Positions 40,870-51,163 are shown, counted from the first letter of the stretch. The stretch is 64,000 nt of DNA from Euryarchaeota archaeon UBA62 (GCA_002502095.1 DAPJ01000021.1:29069-93068); one strand, 5' to 3'. Notes: generated by a model from the letters alone, not told the origin. Made by a program: numbers and translations.

Positions 40870-42534
40870 TTGGACGTTCAGGGAAGGGATCTTTCAGAAA
40901 CAGTCTGGACCAGACTGGATAGGAAGGCAGGCGCTGTGATTGAGTTAACTATCAGGCAACTCAGACATAAAATATCTACTTGGGTAGTTTTAGCATTGGG
41001 AACGATCCTGATGGTCCTACTTCTTGCATTCTATGTCGACTCAATAAGAGAAGGATTCGAATCAATAGATAACGATGGAGACAGTGTGGATCAGGATAGA
41101 GATGGATACCCCCTCGGGCAAGAGAGAAAATATGGGACTAGTGACTGGAACGGAGAAGAGTACCCAGGGTCGGGAACATACGTCTACGAGGGAGAAATAG
41201 ACTGGAATGATGAGAATCGAGAAATTTCAGGAAACAAGACATGGGAGGGAGTCACTCTCCTTGATGCTACTTGGATAGATACCGATTACAAGGGAGGGCA
41301 ATGGGACTATGTTATCGACTGGGACGATGTCACGGATTGTCCAGATACACGAGGAGAGTTATTTGTAGATTGGATCCCCGATTTCGCGACAGCATGTCAA
41401 CTAGAAGACGGTACATATGCCACTAATGGGAAGTTCAATGCAGAAGGAAACATCACAGTTCCAAGGGACTACTTTCTATCCTACGGCTATGTCACTGGAA
41501 TATTTGTCGTCCCGAAAGATCCCAAGGAGATGTACATAGATGAGGATGATATCGATTGGGATGGTTCTGCAGGAAGCCAGGGAGTCGACGATGACGGAGA
41601 CTGCCTTAGAACGGATTGGTTCACTCAATTTGATGACTCAGGGAATCAGATGTGGTGGGAAGAGCCACATAGGCCAGACGCAAATGGAAATGGCATCCAA
41701 TGTGACGTTATTTGGGTGATCGACTCACGAACCGGAGAGGTCATTTCTATCAGTGCCGACTCTTCCGTGGATGAAGATCCAGTAGACGAAAATTATGCGG
41801 GTGAAGCCAGCCATAGGACCTTTGTAATAGCGACAGGAAAGATAGCATTCGTCCTTCTCCTAGGCCTATTCCTGCCTCTCTTCCTTTCTTTGGGATTAGT
41901 TCGAGACGAGACTGAGAGGGGAACATTACACTACCTACTTTCCAAGCCAATTCACAGGGGGGAGTTCATACTTTATCGTGTTCTAGGATATCTAGCGGTT
42001 GTCTCAGTTTTTGTTCTAGCTTTATCTTTGGTAATGGGATTAATCACATCGATAATAGGGCCAGGAGAAAGCCTGCTCAGAGTGGGAGACCTGCCCGTTT
42101 GGCTTGGAATCGCTATTGCTACAATACTTGTTTTGGCAGCATATGGTTCTCTGTTCAACACTATAGGGCTACTCTTGCCGAAGTACGGAGTATACCTGTG
42201 TATTGTGATTGGAGTATGGGAATTTGCTATGGGATTCACTACTCTTATTTCTCCCAGTTCTTCGATTGCCACACTTTCTGTATCTCACTGGGGCCTACAG
42301 CTAATCGACTCAATTGTCATGGTTTCTTGGCCCGATACTCTTCAATTTTCTCAGATGTCATCAGCCTTCGGGCTAGCGACTGGATTAGAATGGATTTGGT
42401 CACCTCCGGTTCATACTCTAAATTCTAGTAATGCATATTTAGGTATCCTCACTTCGGTAACCATGCTCATAGGAATCTCTGTTTCCATGATAGGCATTGG
42501 TAGTGCAGTCTTCAGCAAGAGAGAAATAATGTGA
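40870..42534 (+). CDS. ABC-2 type permease with a large acidic extracellular insertion
   Basis: TM1, ~250-aa Asp-rich loop, then DETERGTLHYLLSKPIHR and 5 TMs. Confidence 0.85.
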   Translation: MDVQGRDLSETVWTRLDRKAGAVIELTIRQLRHKISTWVVLALGTILMVLLLAFYVDSIREGFESIDNDGDSVDQDRDGYPLGQERKYGTSDWNGEEYPGSGTYVYEGEIDWNDENREISGNKTWEGVTLLDATWIDTDYKGGQWDYVIDWDDVTDCPDTRGELFVDWIPDFATACQLEDGTYATNGKFNAEGNITVPRDYFLSYGYVTGIFVVPKDPKEMYIDEDDIDWDGSAGSQGVDDDGDCLRTDWFTQFDDSGNQMWWEEPHRPDANGNGIQCDVIWVIDSRTGEVISISADSSVDEDPVDENYAGEASHRTFVIATGKIAFVLLLGLFLPLFLSLGLVRDETERGTLHYLLSKPIHRGEFILYRVLGYLAVVSVFVLALSLVMGLITSIIGPGESLLRVGDLPVWLGIAIATILVLAAYGSLFNTIGLLLPKYGVYLCIVIGVWEFAMGFTTLISPSSSIATLSVSHWGLQLIDSIVMVSWPDTLQFSQMSSAFGLATGLEWIWSPPVHTLNSSNAYLGILTSVTMLIGISVSMIGIGSAVFSKREIM

Positions 42535-42538
42535 TAAC

Positions 42539-43735
42539 ATGCTTCAAGAGAATACTCATTTCAAGGGCGACTTCTCATCCCTGTGGAGGCTTGACGTCAT
42601 GCCTCCTATTCGTCGCTTATCATGGTGGTGGTGGTGGGCACTAATACTCATCCCAGACCCCGATAGGCCGGGTAGATCAAAGCAATTGATGATATTATGG
42701 TCAACAAAAGAAACGCCCGCAATAAGAGTGAGTGGGCACTGGTGGAAGCCCGGAGGTAGGATGTTTGTGGATGACCACGGAGGTCATGTTATTCCCGGAA
42801 TGGTCTGTGCTTGGTGGTTTGATGGAGAGAAAATGTTTGAGCCTCTGGTTATGAGGGAATGCAGGATGGCCAGTATTTCAGATACACATCCTCTGTGGCC
42901 AGGGGAGGGCAAAGGAGAAGGAGCAGGAGCGGTAATACCACTGATTCCTCAAGATATGTCAATAGGAATGGCACCCGGAAACAAGTCCTTCTGGATAAAT
43001 CTCTCAAGTGATGAAGAGGCAGTAGCCAGAGGCGCACCCAGTAAGTTCGAAGCCGAACTAACTCCTTGGTGGGGGCCTCCTAGTGAATTAACATACAAGA
43101 ATAATGAGTACTTCTTGGGCATGGGATATGATATCCTCAGGTTACAGGCTACAAAGTGCAGGCTAGTTGTTGATGGTGAGGTTTTGGAGGGAACGGGCTA
43201 TTTCCAGAAGGTTTCCGTTCAAGCGCCTTCATTTCCATGGTTTTGGGGGATGTTACACTTCAATGATGGATCATATCTTGATTGGTTTATGCCACACGTC
43301 ACACCGATGTGGTCAGCGAGAGATGACAAGCCTTGGAGGTTGAGGGATTTCTTCCGTTCTCCAAATATAGGCACAGGCGTTTTCCAGGATAGAAAGACCG
43401 GAAAGACTCAGAATTTCGATAACTGCACTGTTGAGCTTTGCAAGCAAAGCTCTGAAGATGCATTACTGGATGATAATGGAAATATTCTCCCGGAATTCAG
43501 AGTCAAGGTTTGGAATGACGACTCAAGCGCTACTATCAGAGTTAGGGCAGTAAGTAGAGCAAGATGGATTTTCGACCAACCAACTAGGGCTTCATGGGTC
43601 AGTCACCTAACCTACAATGAATATCCACTGGAGGTACTCTCAATCACATTTGAGGATTCCGAGGGAATTAGGACAGAGCAGGACTATGAATGGATTCATG
43701 GAAATGCAGAACATGCATGGGGAGTTCTACATTAG
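42539..43735 (+). CDS. Hypothetical Trp-rich protein (possible CrtC/tocopherol-cyclase-like fold)
   Basis: 398-aa ORF in the same operon; WWWWW, GTGYFQKV, PWFWG; function uncertain. Confidence 0.55.
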   Translation: MLQENTHFKGDFSSLWRLDVMPPIRRLSWWWWWALILIPDPDRPGRSKQLMILWSTKETPAIRVSGHWWKPGGRMFVDDHGGHVIPGMVCAWWFDGEKMFEPLVMRECRMASISDTHPLWPGEGKGEGAGAVIPLIPQDMSIGMAPGNKSFWINLSSDEEAVARGAPSKFEAELTPWWGPPSELTYKNNEYFLGMGYDILRLQATKCRLVVDGEVLEGTGYFQKVSVQAPSFPWFWGMLHFNDGSYLDWFMPHVTPMWSARDDKPWRLRDFFRSPNIGTGVFQDRKTGKTQNFDNCTVELCKQSSEDALLDDNGNILPEFRVKVWNDDSSATIRVRAVSRARWIFDQPTRASWVSHLTYNEYPLEVLSITFEDSEGIRTEQDYEWIHGNAEHAWGVLH

Positions 43736-43743
43736 GTGTCGTT

Positions 43744-44652
43744 ATGAGTGAAATAATTTCCAGCTTCAGATCAAAATTGGACCTTGATTCAGTAAGAGAA
43801 AGGTTCCCAGAGATTTCCGACTCAGAGACTCCAATATGGCATGGAAGCCCAGCTTTAATGTCCATGTCTGGCAAATATGCTCTAGCTGGATTAGTATTAG
43901 TAATCCACCTGGTATTCTACTGGGCCGCTAAATATGATACTGTTATCGAGGGGGAGGCTAATCTGAATCTGGTAGTTGGACTGGCCAAAGCAATCATAGA
44001 TATTTCGGGTGTTTTGGGATTCGCAATAATGATGCTACTGGTCGCAAAAATAAATCATTATCTCAATACATCCACATCAGGGGGGTGGACGACATCTTGG
44101 TTGCTCATTAACGGATTAATTCCCTTATCTTGGTACGCTATAACACTCATAAACTCAATTTTAATATTTATTGGATATCATGGATTTGATAATTTTATTG
44201 GAGAGCACATACCAGTATGGAAAGATTGGTATTATCTCTTTCTAGGGGTATTTTCTTCCATCTCTGCCGTGGCCATGACTGCACATTACAGCAATGCATT
44301 CCAGTATGCTATTACAGATAAGAGGGTCCATATTAGGAAAAAGTTCCTTTACTTCGATACTAGTGTGGTTGGCATCCCATTTGAGAAGGTCGAGAATCTA
44401 AAGGTTGAGCCTTCGATCATTGGGAGAATATTTGGTTTCGGAAATATACATGTGATTACTGACGGAATGCAATCAAATATCTCCGATGATAATGACTCGG
44501 TTAAACAATCAGGTTTGTTAAATCCATTGAGCTGGATTTTCATCCAGAGAAAAAACAATCCTTCTTCTCAAGATCCAAGTGAATGTCTTTACTGTATCAA
44601 GGAACCTATGTCTGTTTACGCATTAATCAATGAGTTGATAGACAATTCATAG
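43744..44652 (+). CDS. Membrane protein with a C-terminal bPH_2 domain
   Basis: IWHGSP, 4 TMs, YAITDKRV...GRIFGFGNI. Confidence 0.75.
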   Translation: MSEIISSFRSKLDLDSVRERFPEISDSETPIWHGSPALMSMSGKYALAGLVLVIHLVFYWAAKYDTVIEGEANLNLVVGLAKAIIDISGVLGFAIMMLLVAKINHYLNTSTSGGWTTSWLLINGLIPLSWYAITLINSILIFIGYHGFDNFIGEHIPVWKDWYYLFLGVFSSISAVAMTAHYSNAFQYAITDKRVHIRKKFLYFDTSVVGIPFEKVENLKVEPSIIGRIFGFGNIHVITDGMQSNISDDNDSVKQSGLLNPLSWIFIQRKNNPSSQDPSECLYCIKEPMSVYALINELIDNS

Positions 44653-44708
44653 TGGTCTTCCGCACCGTTCTTAACTGCAAGGCCGCCGATTAGGCCCGAG
44701 GGAGACCG

Positions 44709-45251
44709 ATGGAAGACACAGTAACTCAAGCAGCCCAACTAATCACAAAAGGAGATTTCATGGGGGCGATGGAAATTTTCGAGGCTTTTTCGAACGCCAA
44801 TCCTGACGATCCAGCAGGTTTCCATGGCTGGGCAGAAGCGGCTCTTTTTGAGATTCAGGCCAATGGAAATCTAGATGACAAAGGAAATGATAGGATTAAC
44901 GAGGGCCAGATAGCTGCCTATTTCAGAAAAGCGTCGTCCATGGATCCGAAGAACCCTGACTACCTCGCCTCCTATGCAAATGCTCTACTCGAGTTCGACA
45001 GAATGCCAATGGCAGTTCGCGAATTCAGGAAGCTGAAGTCACTAGGAGACGAGTTAGACGACGTAGATGTCTCATTCCACTTGTATGAAGCCGCCAAGGC
45101 GTTGATTGAATTGGTAGATATGAAGACAAATTATGACAGGAGTAATCCCAACGCTCGGCAATTTATCCCAATAGCTTTGGAGTTCGCGATGTTAGGTCTT
45201 GGCTTTTCGTCAGTAGACGAGGCGATGGAGTACCTAGTTCCAGAGGAATAG
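44709..45251 (+). CDS. TPR-like helical protein
   Basis: TPR-like patterns ANPDDP and KASSMDPKNPDYLASYANAL. Confidence 0.65.
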   Translation: MEDTVTQAAQLITKGDFMGAMEIFEAFSNANPDDPAGFHGWAEAALFEIQANGNLDDKGNDRINEGQIAAYFRKASSMDPKNPDYLASYANALLEFDRMPMAVREFRKLKSLGDELDDVDVSFHLYEAAKALIELVDMKTNYDRSNPNARQFIPIALEFAMLGLGFSSVDEAMEYLVPEE

Positions 45252-45264
45252 GGGGGAAGATCAA

Positions 45265-46146
45265 CTGACTAGCGACTGTTTTCTAGTCGCCATCGGGTAC
45301 CATGGAAGCCTATTTCACGGCTCACAGATTCAACCTGATGTAAGAACTGTCCAAGGTACTCTGAAGGAGTCACTGAAAGAGATAGGATGGTGGAGAGAGG
45401 GCTGTTTACGACTCTCCAGCAGGACTGACGCAGGAGTCAGCGTGAGGATGAACTTGGCTAGTATAGATCTCCCTGAGTCAGTAATCTCATCTATAGATGG
45501 TTCAAGAGTAATCAGGGCCCTTAACGATCGCCTTCCCGATGATTTGGTGGCATGGGCCGCAAAAAAAGTCGCTTCCACTACTCCGACACGTCCAGTAATT
45601 TCAAGGAAGTACTATTATAGATGCGAAGTTATCAAATCATGGCCCGAAAATGTTGATGTCGATATCCTAACCAAAGCATGTCAAATTTTTGTAGGGACTC
45701 ATGACTTCACTAATCTCTGTAGGCTTGAAGAAGGAAAAAATCCAACTAGGACTGTAATTAGTTGTGATCCCTGGCTAGATAGTGACAACAGGCCGATAGG
45801 AATTTGTGTGGTTGCCAAATCTTTCCTGTGGAACCAAGTCAGGAGAATGGCCTCCGCCATCACAGGAGTCGTATCAGGGGAATATGATCTGGACTTCCTA
45901 GCTAAATCTATTGAAAATCCAAATATTCCAATTGATATGGGGATGGGGAGCTCCAGAGGTTTGATTCTTTGGGAGATCAATCATTCGGCACTGGATGGAA
46001 TTGGAATGGGTTCTATCCCCGATACTAGAATATTCTCAAAGCCACCATCTTCACTAAGGGGGCATAAGAATTGGATGGGTTTGTGTAATTTGGAAATGTC
46101 GACATTGGTTAATTCAGAATGGATTAGAGAAATCGGTCTATCCTAA
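45265..46146 (+). CDS. truA: tRNA pseudouridine(38-40) synthase, probable CTG start
   Basis: In frame upstream of the called ORF: IGYHGSLFHGSQIQPDVRTVQG and SRTDAGVS; downstream FVGTHDF and FLWNQVRRM. Confidence 0.9.
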   Translation: MTSDCFLVAIGYHGSLFHGSQIQPDVRTVQGTLKESLKEIGWWREGCLRLSSRTDAGVSVRMNLASIDLPESVISSIDGSRVIRALNDRLPDDLVAWAAKKVASTTPTRPVISRKYYYRCEVIKSWPENVDVDILTKACQIFVGTHDFTNLCRLEEGKNPTRTVISCDPWLDSDNRPIGICVVAKSFLWNQVRRMASAITGVVSGEYDLDFLAKSIENPNIPIDMGMGSSRGLILWEINHSALDGIGMGSIPDTRIFSKPPSSLRGHKNWMGLCNLEMSTLVNSEWIREIGLS

Positions 46147-46567
46147 TCCAAACTTCTTCACCATCATTACAGGGCAGGCTCTCTCTAAGGAATGAGTTAG
46201 AGATAATTTCAGCAGTTTTGGTATGCCTAGTTAAGTCAGGGATAAGTAAGGCACATTTTGTCCATATTTCAGAATCTACAGAGATACTAGCATGAAAAGC
46301 TGTAGCCCCTCCAAATGATCTTCCATCTCTCTCGAAACCTTGAATCCTAATTGGCTCAAGTCCGACAACATCGCTCCCTTCATCCAGTCCAGAAGCAACT
46401 CTCAATTTCCTGTATGGGTCCAAGCTCTCACTTTCCAGATCTACGTTCAGTGTGCCAGGCCAAGCACTGGATCCTAGTACTTCTTTGAATTGCTCTTGGT
46501 AATGTGGTTGGGCCATGAAAACATGGGCCCTGCCCAGACCACTAGACACCGCACCGTGTAGTAGCAC
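46124..46567 (-). CDS. ribK: CTP-dependent riboflavin kinase (archaeal)
   Basis: G-x-VSSGLG, Y...F, PGTLNV, R-x-FG, EII...LR. Confidence 0.88.
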   Translation of the reverse strand: MLLHGAVSSGLGRAHVFMAQPHYQEQFKEVLGSSAWPGTLNVDLESESLDPYRKLRVASGLDEGSDVVGLEPIRIQGFERDGRSFGGATAFHASISVDSEIWTKCALLIPDLTRHTKTAEIISNSFLRESLPCNDGEEVWIRIDRFL

Positions 46568-46609
46568 ATCGCTTCCTAATACATCTCCCTCATAAGGTTC
46601 CGCTTCAGT

Positions 46610-47494
46610 TCACAGATGGTACACTGCGCCTTGCTCAGAAATGCTCCATCCCGTCTCCGATAAATATCTACTTTCATTACTCCCCTCTCTCAATAGAGGG
46701 TTTGTATGGTTGAAATGAATGAAAGAAATTTCAGGATCTCCTTGTTTTCTATTTCCTAGCAATCCCAAGGTCTCCGTTACAGTGGGATGAGGAATCTCAC
46801 TAACATCTCTGCTTGATATCTCATCATAATTCCAGAATGTCCCATCTATCAATGCTATATCTACCTCCAACCGCTCAAGCCAGTCCAGAATTTCCAACTC
46901 TCCCCCCAGGGTTTCTCCCCATGAATCCTGATCTGGCATGAAAAGTAGGCCTTTTTTATCTCCTCTGATTATCAAAGCATGGTTATCCGACAGTTCAGAT
47001 CTATGGGGGACTGGAATTGCTGTTAACGTAAATCCACAACCTGGGGTCGGCTCAAAGGGCTCCATAGGGGCCCAATAATTGGGAATAATCACTCCTTGAT
47101 CGATCATTATTGACCATGAAGGTGTTGAATCTAGAAGATCTCCCATCGAAGAGCTACAGTGAAGAATTATTCCCGAAGAACCCATCACTTCACGTCCAAA
47201 TAATCCCAGGCCATCCGTGTGCCCAAGATGGGCATGCGTCAATGAAACACTAGAGGGTGGCCATTCTGGAGTTCCAACGGAATTCCATAACTCAAATTGT
47301 CCTGCCATCATCCTACTCGCCTCGATTATGTGACATGTCCCATCTGGCCCTCGTATCCCCAATGAAACTGGCATCTTAGAGAGCTCGGGGGAGCGCCTAG
47401 CATCTTCGCAACAATCCTTCAAACACCCTACTTGGGGAAACCCTCCATCCTGCGCGATTCCAAGCAAAGTCACCTCAACTGAACCCCTCTCCAT
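46610..47494 (-). CDS. MBL-fold metallohydrolase (PqqB-like)
   Basis: LGIAQDGGFPQVGC...C, THAHLGH, VPHR, DGTF, HFNHTNP. Confidence 0.85.
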   Translation of the reverse strand: MERGSVEVTLLGIAQDGGFPQVGCLKDCCEDARRSPELSKMPVSLGIRGPDGTCHIIEASRMMAGQFELWNSVGTPEWPPSSVSLTHAHLGHTDGLGLFGREVMGSSGIILHCSSSMGDLLDSTPSWSIMIDQGVIIPNYWAPMEPFEPTPGCGFTLTAIPVPHRSELSDNHALIIRGDKKGLLFMPDQDSWGETLGGELEILDWLERLEVDIALIDGTFWNYDEISSRDVSEIPHPTVTETLGLLGNRKQGDPEISFIHFNHTNPLLREGSNESRYLSETGWSISEQGAVYHL

Positions 47495-47568
47495 ATAGCC
47501 GGATAGGCCTATGGGAAATGAACACCTCGCTCCGATGGAGCAATGTACCTCCTGCTTAATGGAGTGGC

Positions 47569-48747
47569 ATGGCGGCCGACATGTCTTGGATGTCAGAAAG
47601 ACTAAATCAACTGAAACAACAGGATTTGGATTGGAATCCCCCTGTGTTAGAATCTGCGAGTACTTCTCATTGTAGGGTAGAGGGAAAAGATATGATCATG
47701 CTTTCGGCAAATAACTATCTCAACCTGACAACTCACCCAAGAGTAGTTGAGGCGGCTATTGAGGCTACTAGGAAATATGGTGCTGGATCAGGTTCTGTCA
47801 GGGCAATAGCTGGAACTCTCGATATCCATATAGAAGCCGAGAAAAAGGCTGCAGAATTCAAGGAAGTGGAATCATCTCTGATTTACTCAGCTGGATATAC
47901 AGCAAACGTTGGCCTGATACCGTCTCTTGTCAGAGGCAAAGAAGATATTATCATCTCTGATGAACTTAATCATGGCTCTATAATAGATGGAGTGAGGCTG
48001 ACCAAGGCAAGCAGAGCAGTATATCCTCACAATGATGTCGAGGCCCTGGAAAGAACCCTCAAAGAGAATAAGAATGCAGAGAGGAAGCTGATCATAACCG
48101 ATGGTGTTTTCAGTATGGATGGGGACATAGCTCCACTAGATGACATTACAGATGTAGCTGAGGAATATGGTGCTATGGTAATGGTCGATGATTGCCATGG
48201 CGAGGGAGTACTCGGGGACGGTAAAGGAATAGTCGCGCATTTCGGCCTCCAAGGACGTGTTGACTTTGAAATTGGATCGTATTCTAAGGCCATGGGAGTT
48301 CAAGGAGGGATATTGGCGGGTTCCGATCTAGTGAGAAGTTACGCGCTTAACCATAGTAGATCGTGGCTTCTCTCTGGAAGTCAACCACCTGGAGTAGCAG
48401 CCGCCCAGAAGGCCGCCGTTGAAGTTTTGATGGAGGAGCCTCAGCATGTGAGGAAGTTATGGGAAAATACCAATTATTTCAGAATGCAACTACAATCTAT
48501 GGGATTTGACACTGGTCGTTCGGAGACTCCGATAATTCCAGTGATGTGTGGAGAAAGTAAAGTTGCCAAAGATCTCTCTAGTATGCTTGGCGAGAGTGGT
48601 ATACTTGTTGGGGCGATAGTATTCCCAATGGTCTCGAGGGATAAAGCGAGAGTCAGAACGCAAATGTCATCAGGACTTACCCGTGAAGATTTGGACACAG
48701 TTCTATCAGAGTTCGAAAGATGTGGTAAGAAATTAAGATTGATTTAG
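47569..48747 (+). CDS. PLP-dependent alpha-oxoamine synthase (glycine C-acetyltransferase/BioF family)
   Basis: ANNYL, SDELNHGSIIDG, DGVFSMDGD, DDCHG, SYSKA. Confidence 0.92.
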   Translation: MAADMSWMSERLNQLKQQDLDWNPPVLESASTSHCRVEGKDMIMLSANNYLNLTTHPRVVEAAIEATRKYGAGSGSVRAIAGTLDIHIEAEKKAAEFKEVESSLIYSAGYTANVGLIPSLVRGKEDIIISDELNHGSIIDGVRLTKASRAVYPHNDVEALERTLKENKNAERKLIITDGVFSMDGDIAPLDDITDVAEEYGAMVMVDDCHGEGVLGDGKGIVAHFGLQGRVDFEIGSYSKAMGVQGGILAGSDLVRSYALNHSRSWLLSGSQPPGVAAAQKAAVEVLMEEPQHVRKLWENTNYFRMQLQSMGFDTGRSETPIIPVMCGESKVAKDLSSMLGESGILVGAIVFPMVSRDKARVRTQMSSGLTREDLDTVLSEFERCGKKLRLI

Positions 48748-48758
48748 GAGAGGTGTAA

Positions 48759-49214
48759 ATGTCAGTAGATCGCATTGAAAATGAAAGTAATATTTGGCCC
48801 GTTTCAACGGAGATAAAAGTAAACTGGGGAGATATGGACGCTCTAGGACATGTCAATCATTCAGTTTTTGCAAAATGGATGGAGACTGTTAGAATGATGT
48901 ATTTCTCTGAGATTGGAATGATGAATCTCTATGATGATTCCAATATCGGACCAATTCTTGCTAGGATAGAAATAGACTACGAATCACCAATAGTATTCCC
49001 AGACGTAGTTACAGTAAGTACTTCGGTTTCTAGAATTGGGAATTCATCATTCGATATGAGATATAGAATCGAGAGTCTAAGCAATAATGGAAAATCCGCG
49101 GCAACTGGAAGTGTAGTCTGTGTTCTATTGGATTATAGTTCTGGCATCCCTCATAAAATTCCTCCAAAACTAAGGGAATCTATCGCCAGATTAGAGGGAG
49201 ATTTCCAATATTAA
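48759..49214 (+). CDS. Acyl-CoA thioesterase (4HBT/YbgC hotdog family)
   Basis: WGDMDALGHVNH. Confidence 0.9.
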   Translation: MSVDRIENESNIWPVSTEIKVNWGDMDALGHVNHSVFAKWMETVRMMYFSEIGMMNLYDDSNIGPILARIEIDYESPIVFPDVVTVSTSVSRIGNSSFDMRYRIESLSNNGKSAATGSVVCVLLDYSSGIPHKIPPKLRESIARLEGDFQY

Positions 49215-49219
49215 GAATA

Positions 49220-49816
49220 TTAGACAATATCTATTACTTCTTCCAAATCAAAGTCAGATTCCGGACTCGCTGTCTTAGTATCGCCATATATGGTCATTTT
49301 CATCCCTTCGAATGGCTCGATTCCTCTGTCAATCCTGTCAATAATTCTCCATCTGGGAGCATACGATAGATGAATCCAAAGAGGCCCTGGAAGAATGTAG
49401 ATGAACCAACCTAATCTATCTAGAATAATCCCATACTGGTTATCTATGATTGAGGCTGATAGTACAGTTAGTCCAATGAATGGAAGAGCAAAGAGAATCC
49501 TCCTAATATAAACAAGTCTCGCAGGGGGTCTCTTTACAATCGTTGAAATTAGGATCGAGAAAGCGCCTAATATGGAAGTTATTGCGACAATTACAAGCAT
49601 CTGAAAGAGCCACTCTCTCCCAATTTGCGAATATCCTTCTCCAATAGAAAGACCGCCATAAGTCATTAGAGGAAGTAGCGCAACTGAAATCATAAGGCCG
49701 TAGAGTCCGCCTACAAAGATAGGATGGCACAGAGTCAGAGAATCTCTCAGGAAGAAATTGCTCACAGAACCCCCTCTTAGCATATGCCTATGCTCAGAAT
49801 CCATGGATTCAACCAC
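49220..49816 (-). CDS. Hypothetical 4-TM membrane protein
   Basis: Four TMs; GTG start after a GGAGGGGTG SD-like sequence. Confidence 0.65.
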   Translation of the reverse strand: MVESMDSEHRHMLRGGSVSNFFLRDSLTLCHPIFVGGLYGLMISVALLPLMTYGGLSIGEGYSQIGREWLFQMLVIVAITSILGAFSILISTIVKRPPARLVYIRRILFALPFIGLTVLSASIIDNQYGIILDRLGWFIYILPGPLWIHLSYAPRWRIIDRIDRGIEPFEGMKMTIYGDTKTASPESDFDLEEVIDIV

Positions 49817-49993
49817 ATTTTGCCACCCCTCCACGGCCCTCCGCCAACAACTCCCAATTATCACCATTGGGGTGTTTACCAACCAAAATAGCTCACTAGT
49901 AAATTATCTGACCTCCGAATTAGGATTCGGAGAAGCAAATATATACGGAGGGATTATGACTCATTCACTAATCCCAACAGCCTAGGTGTGTGC

Positions 49994-51163
49994 ATGGAAG
50001 GCGAAGAGACTCTATTCAATGTCCTCGAGTCTAATCTAGATACCGGCCTTAGGGGAATTCCTGTTGGAACCTGTCAGACTTCATATGTCGATCCAATCGA
50101 GGGGGTTCACTATGTTGGCTACCCAGTAGAAGATCTAGTAAATCTAGAAGAGGAAGATGTCATTTATCTCCTGCTTTTCAAAGAGCTACCATCACCAGAG
50201 CAATCGGATAAGTTCAGAGCAGAACTAGCTCTTAGGGGCGAATCACTTCCAACTGGGGCATTGAGGGTGCTAGAGTCACTAACTCCCGGAAGTGGGCATC
50301 CAATGGATTGGCTAGCAATTGGGATAATGGCACTCGGGACTGCTGAAGCGACAGGTGACATCCGATCCGACTCAATGAATCTAATAGCTAGAATGCCTGA
50401 ATTGATGGCTCGTGTATTTCTGCTCAGAGGAGGTAAGAAGGAACAACTAAGGCCCCGAAAACCGGAGCTGGGCCTGGTGGAGAATTTCGTCCATATGCTC
50501 GGAATAGAAGGTGAAGAGGCAGATAGAATGAACCGAGTTCTGAGATTCTTTTTCATCCTCCATATGGATCATGGAGGAGGTAATCTTTCCACATTCACTG
50601 GTAAAGCTGTAGCATCTGGAAGAGCATCCATTTATTCTGCCCTGTCTAGCGCTATGAACGCTCTTTCCGGGCCCCTACATGGAAGGGCGAATCAAGCAGT
50701 GTTGGAGTTTATCCAGAGAATTGGAACATCTGACGAGAACGAGGTTTCATCATTTGTCAACGCGGAAATTGATGCTAGGCGACCAATATACGGTTTTGGA
50801 CATGGCGTCCTAAGGGCCGAAGATCCAAGAGCGAGACTTTTGATAGGGCTAGGGGAGGAAATCTGTCCCGATGAAGATCTTTACAAAACTGTAAAGGTCC
50901 TAAGAAAAATAACTCCTGATATCCTCAAGGAGAGGATTCCAAAAATAAGGAATCCATATCCCAATGTAGATCTTGGTAGTGGAACTCTGCTTCATTCAGT
51001 GGGATTCAGAAAGCCTGACTATTACACCACTTTCTTCGGTTGGGCTAGAGTTGCAGGGATTTGTGCCCAGATACTAGATGAGAGAAATGCGAGGGAAGGC
51101 AGAGGTACTCCGATTTACAGGCCCAAGTATATCCCACGTAACCAACCTCATCGCAGACTGTGA
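49994..51163 (+). CDS. gltA: Citrate synthase
   Basis: DHGGGNLS, GPLHGRAN, GFGHGVLRAEDPR, PNVD. Confidence 0.93.
   Translation: MEGEETLFNVLESNLDTGLRGIPVGTCQTSYVDPIEGVHYVGYPVEDLVNLEEEDVIYLLLFKELPSPEQSDKFRAELALRGESLPTGALRVLESLTPGSGHPMDWLAIGIMALGTAEATGDIRSDSMNLIARMPELMARVFLLRGGKKEQLRPRKPELGLVENFVHMLGIEGEEADRMNRVLRFFFILHMDHGGGNLSTFTGKAVASGRASIYSALSSAMNALSGPLHGRANQAVLEFIQRIGTSDENEVSSFVNAEIDARRPIYGFGHGVLRAEDPRARLLIGLGEEICPDEDLYKTVKVLRKITPDILKERIPKIRNPYPNVDLGSGTLLHSVGFRKPDYYTTFFGWARVAGICAQILDERNAREGRGTPIYRPKYIPRNQPHRRL

Noticed and set aside
46610..47494. PQQ biosynthesis cluster
   Set aside because: Only a stand-alone PqqB-like MBL hydrolase; no pqqA/C/D/E nearby
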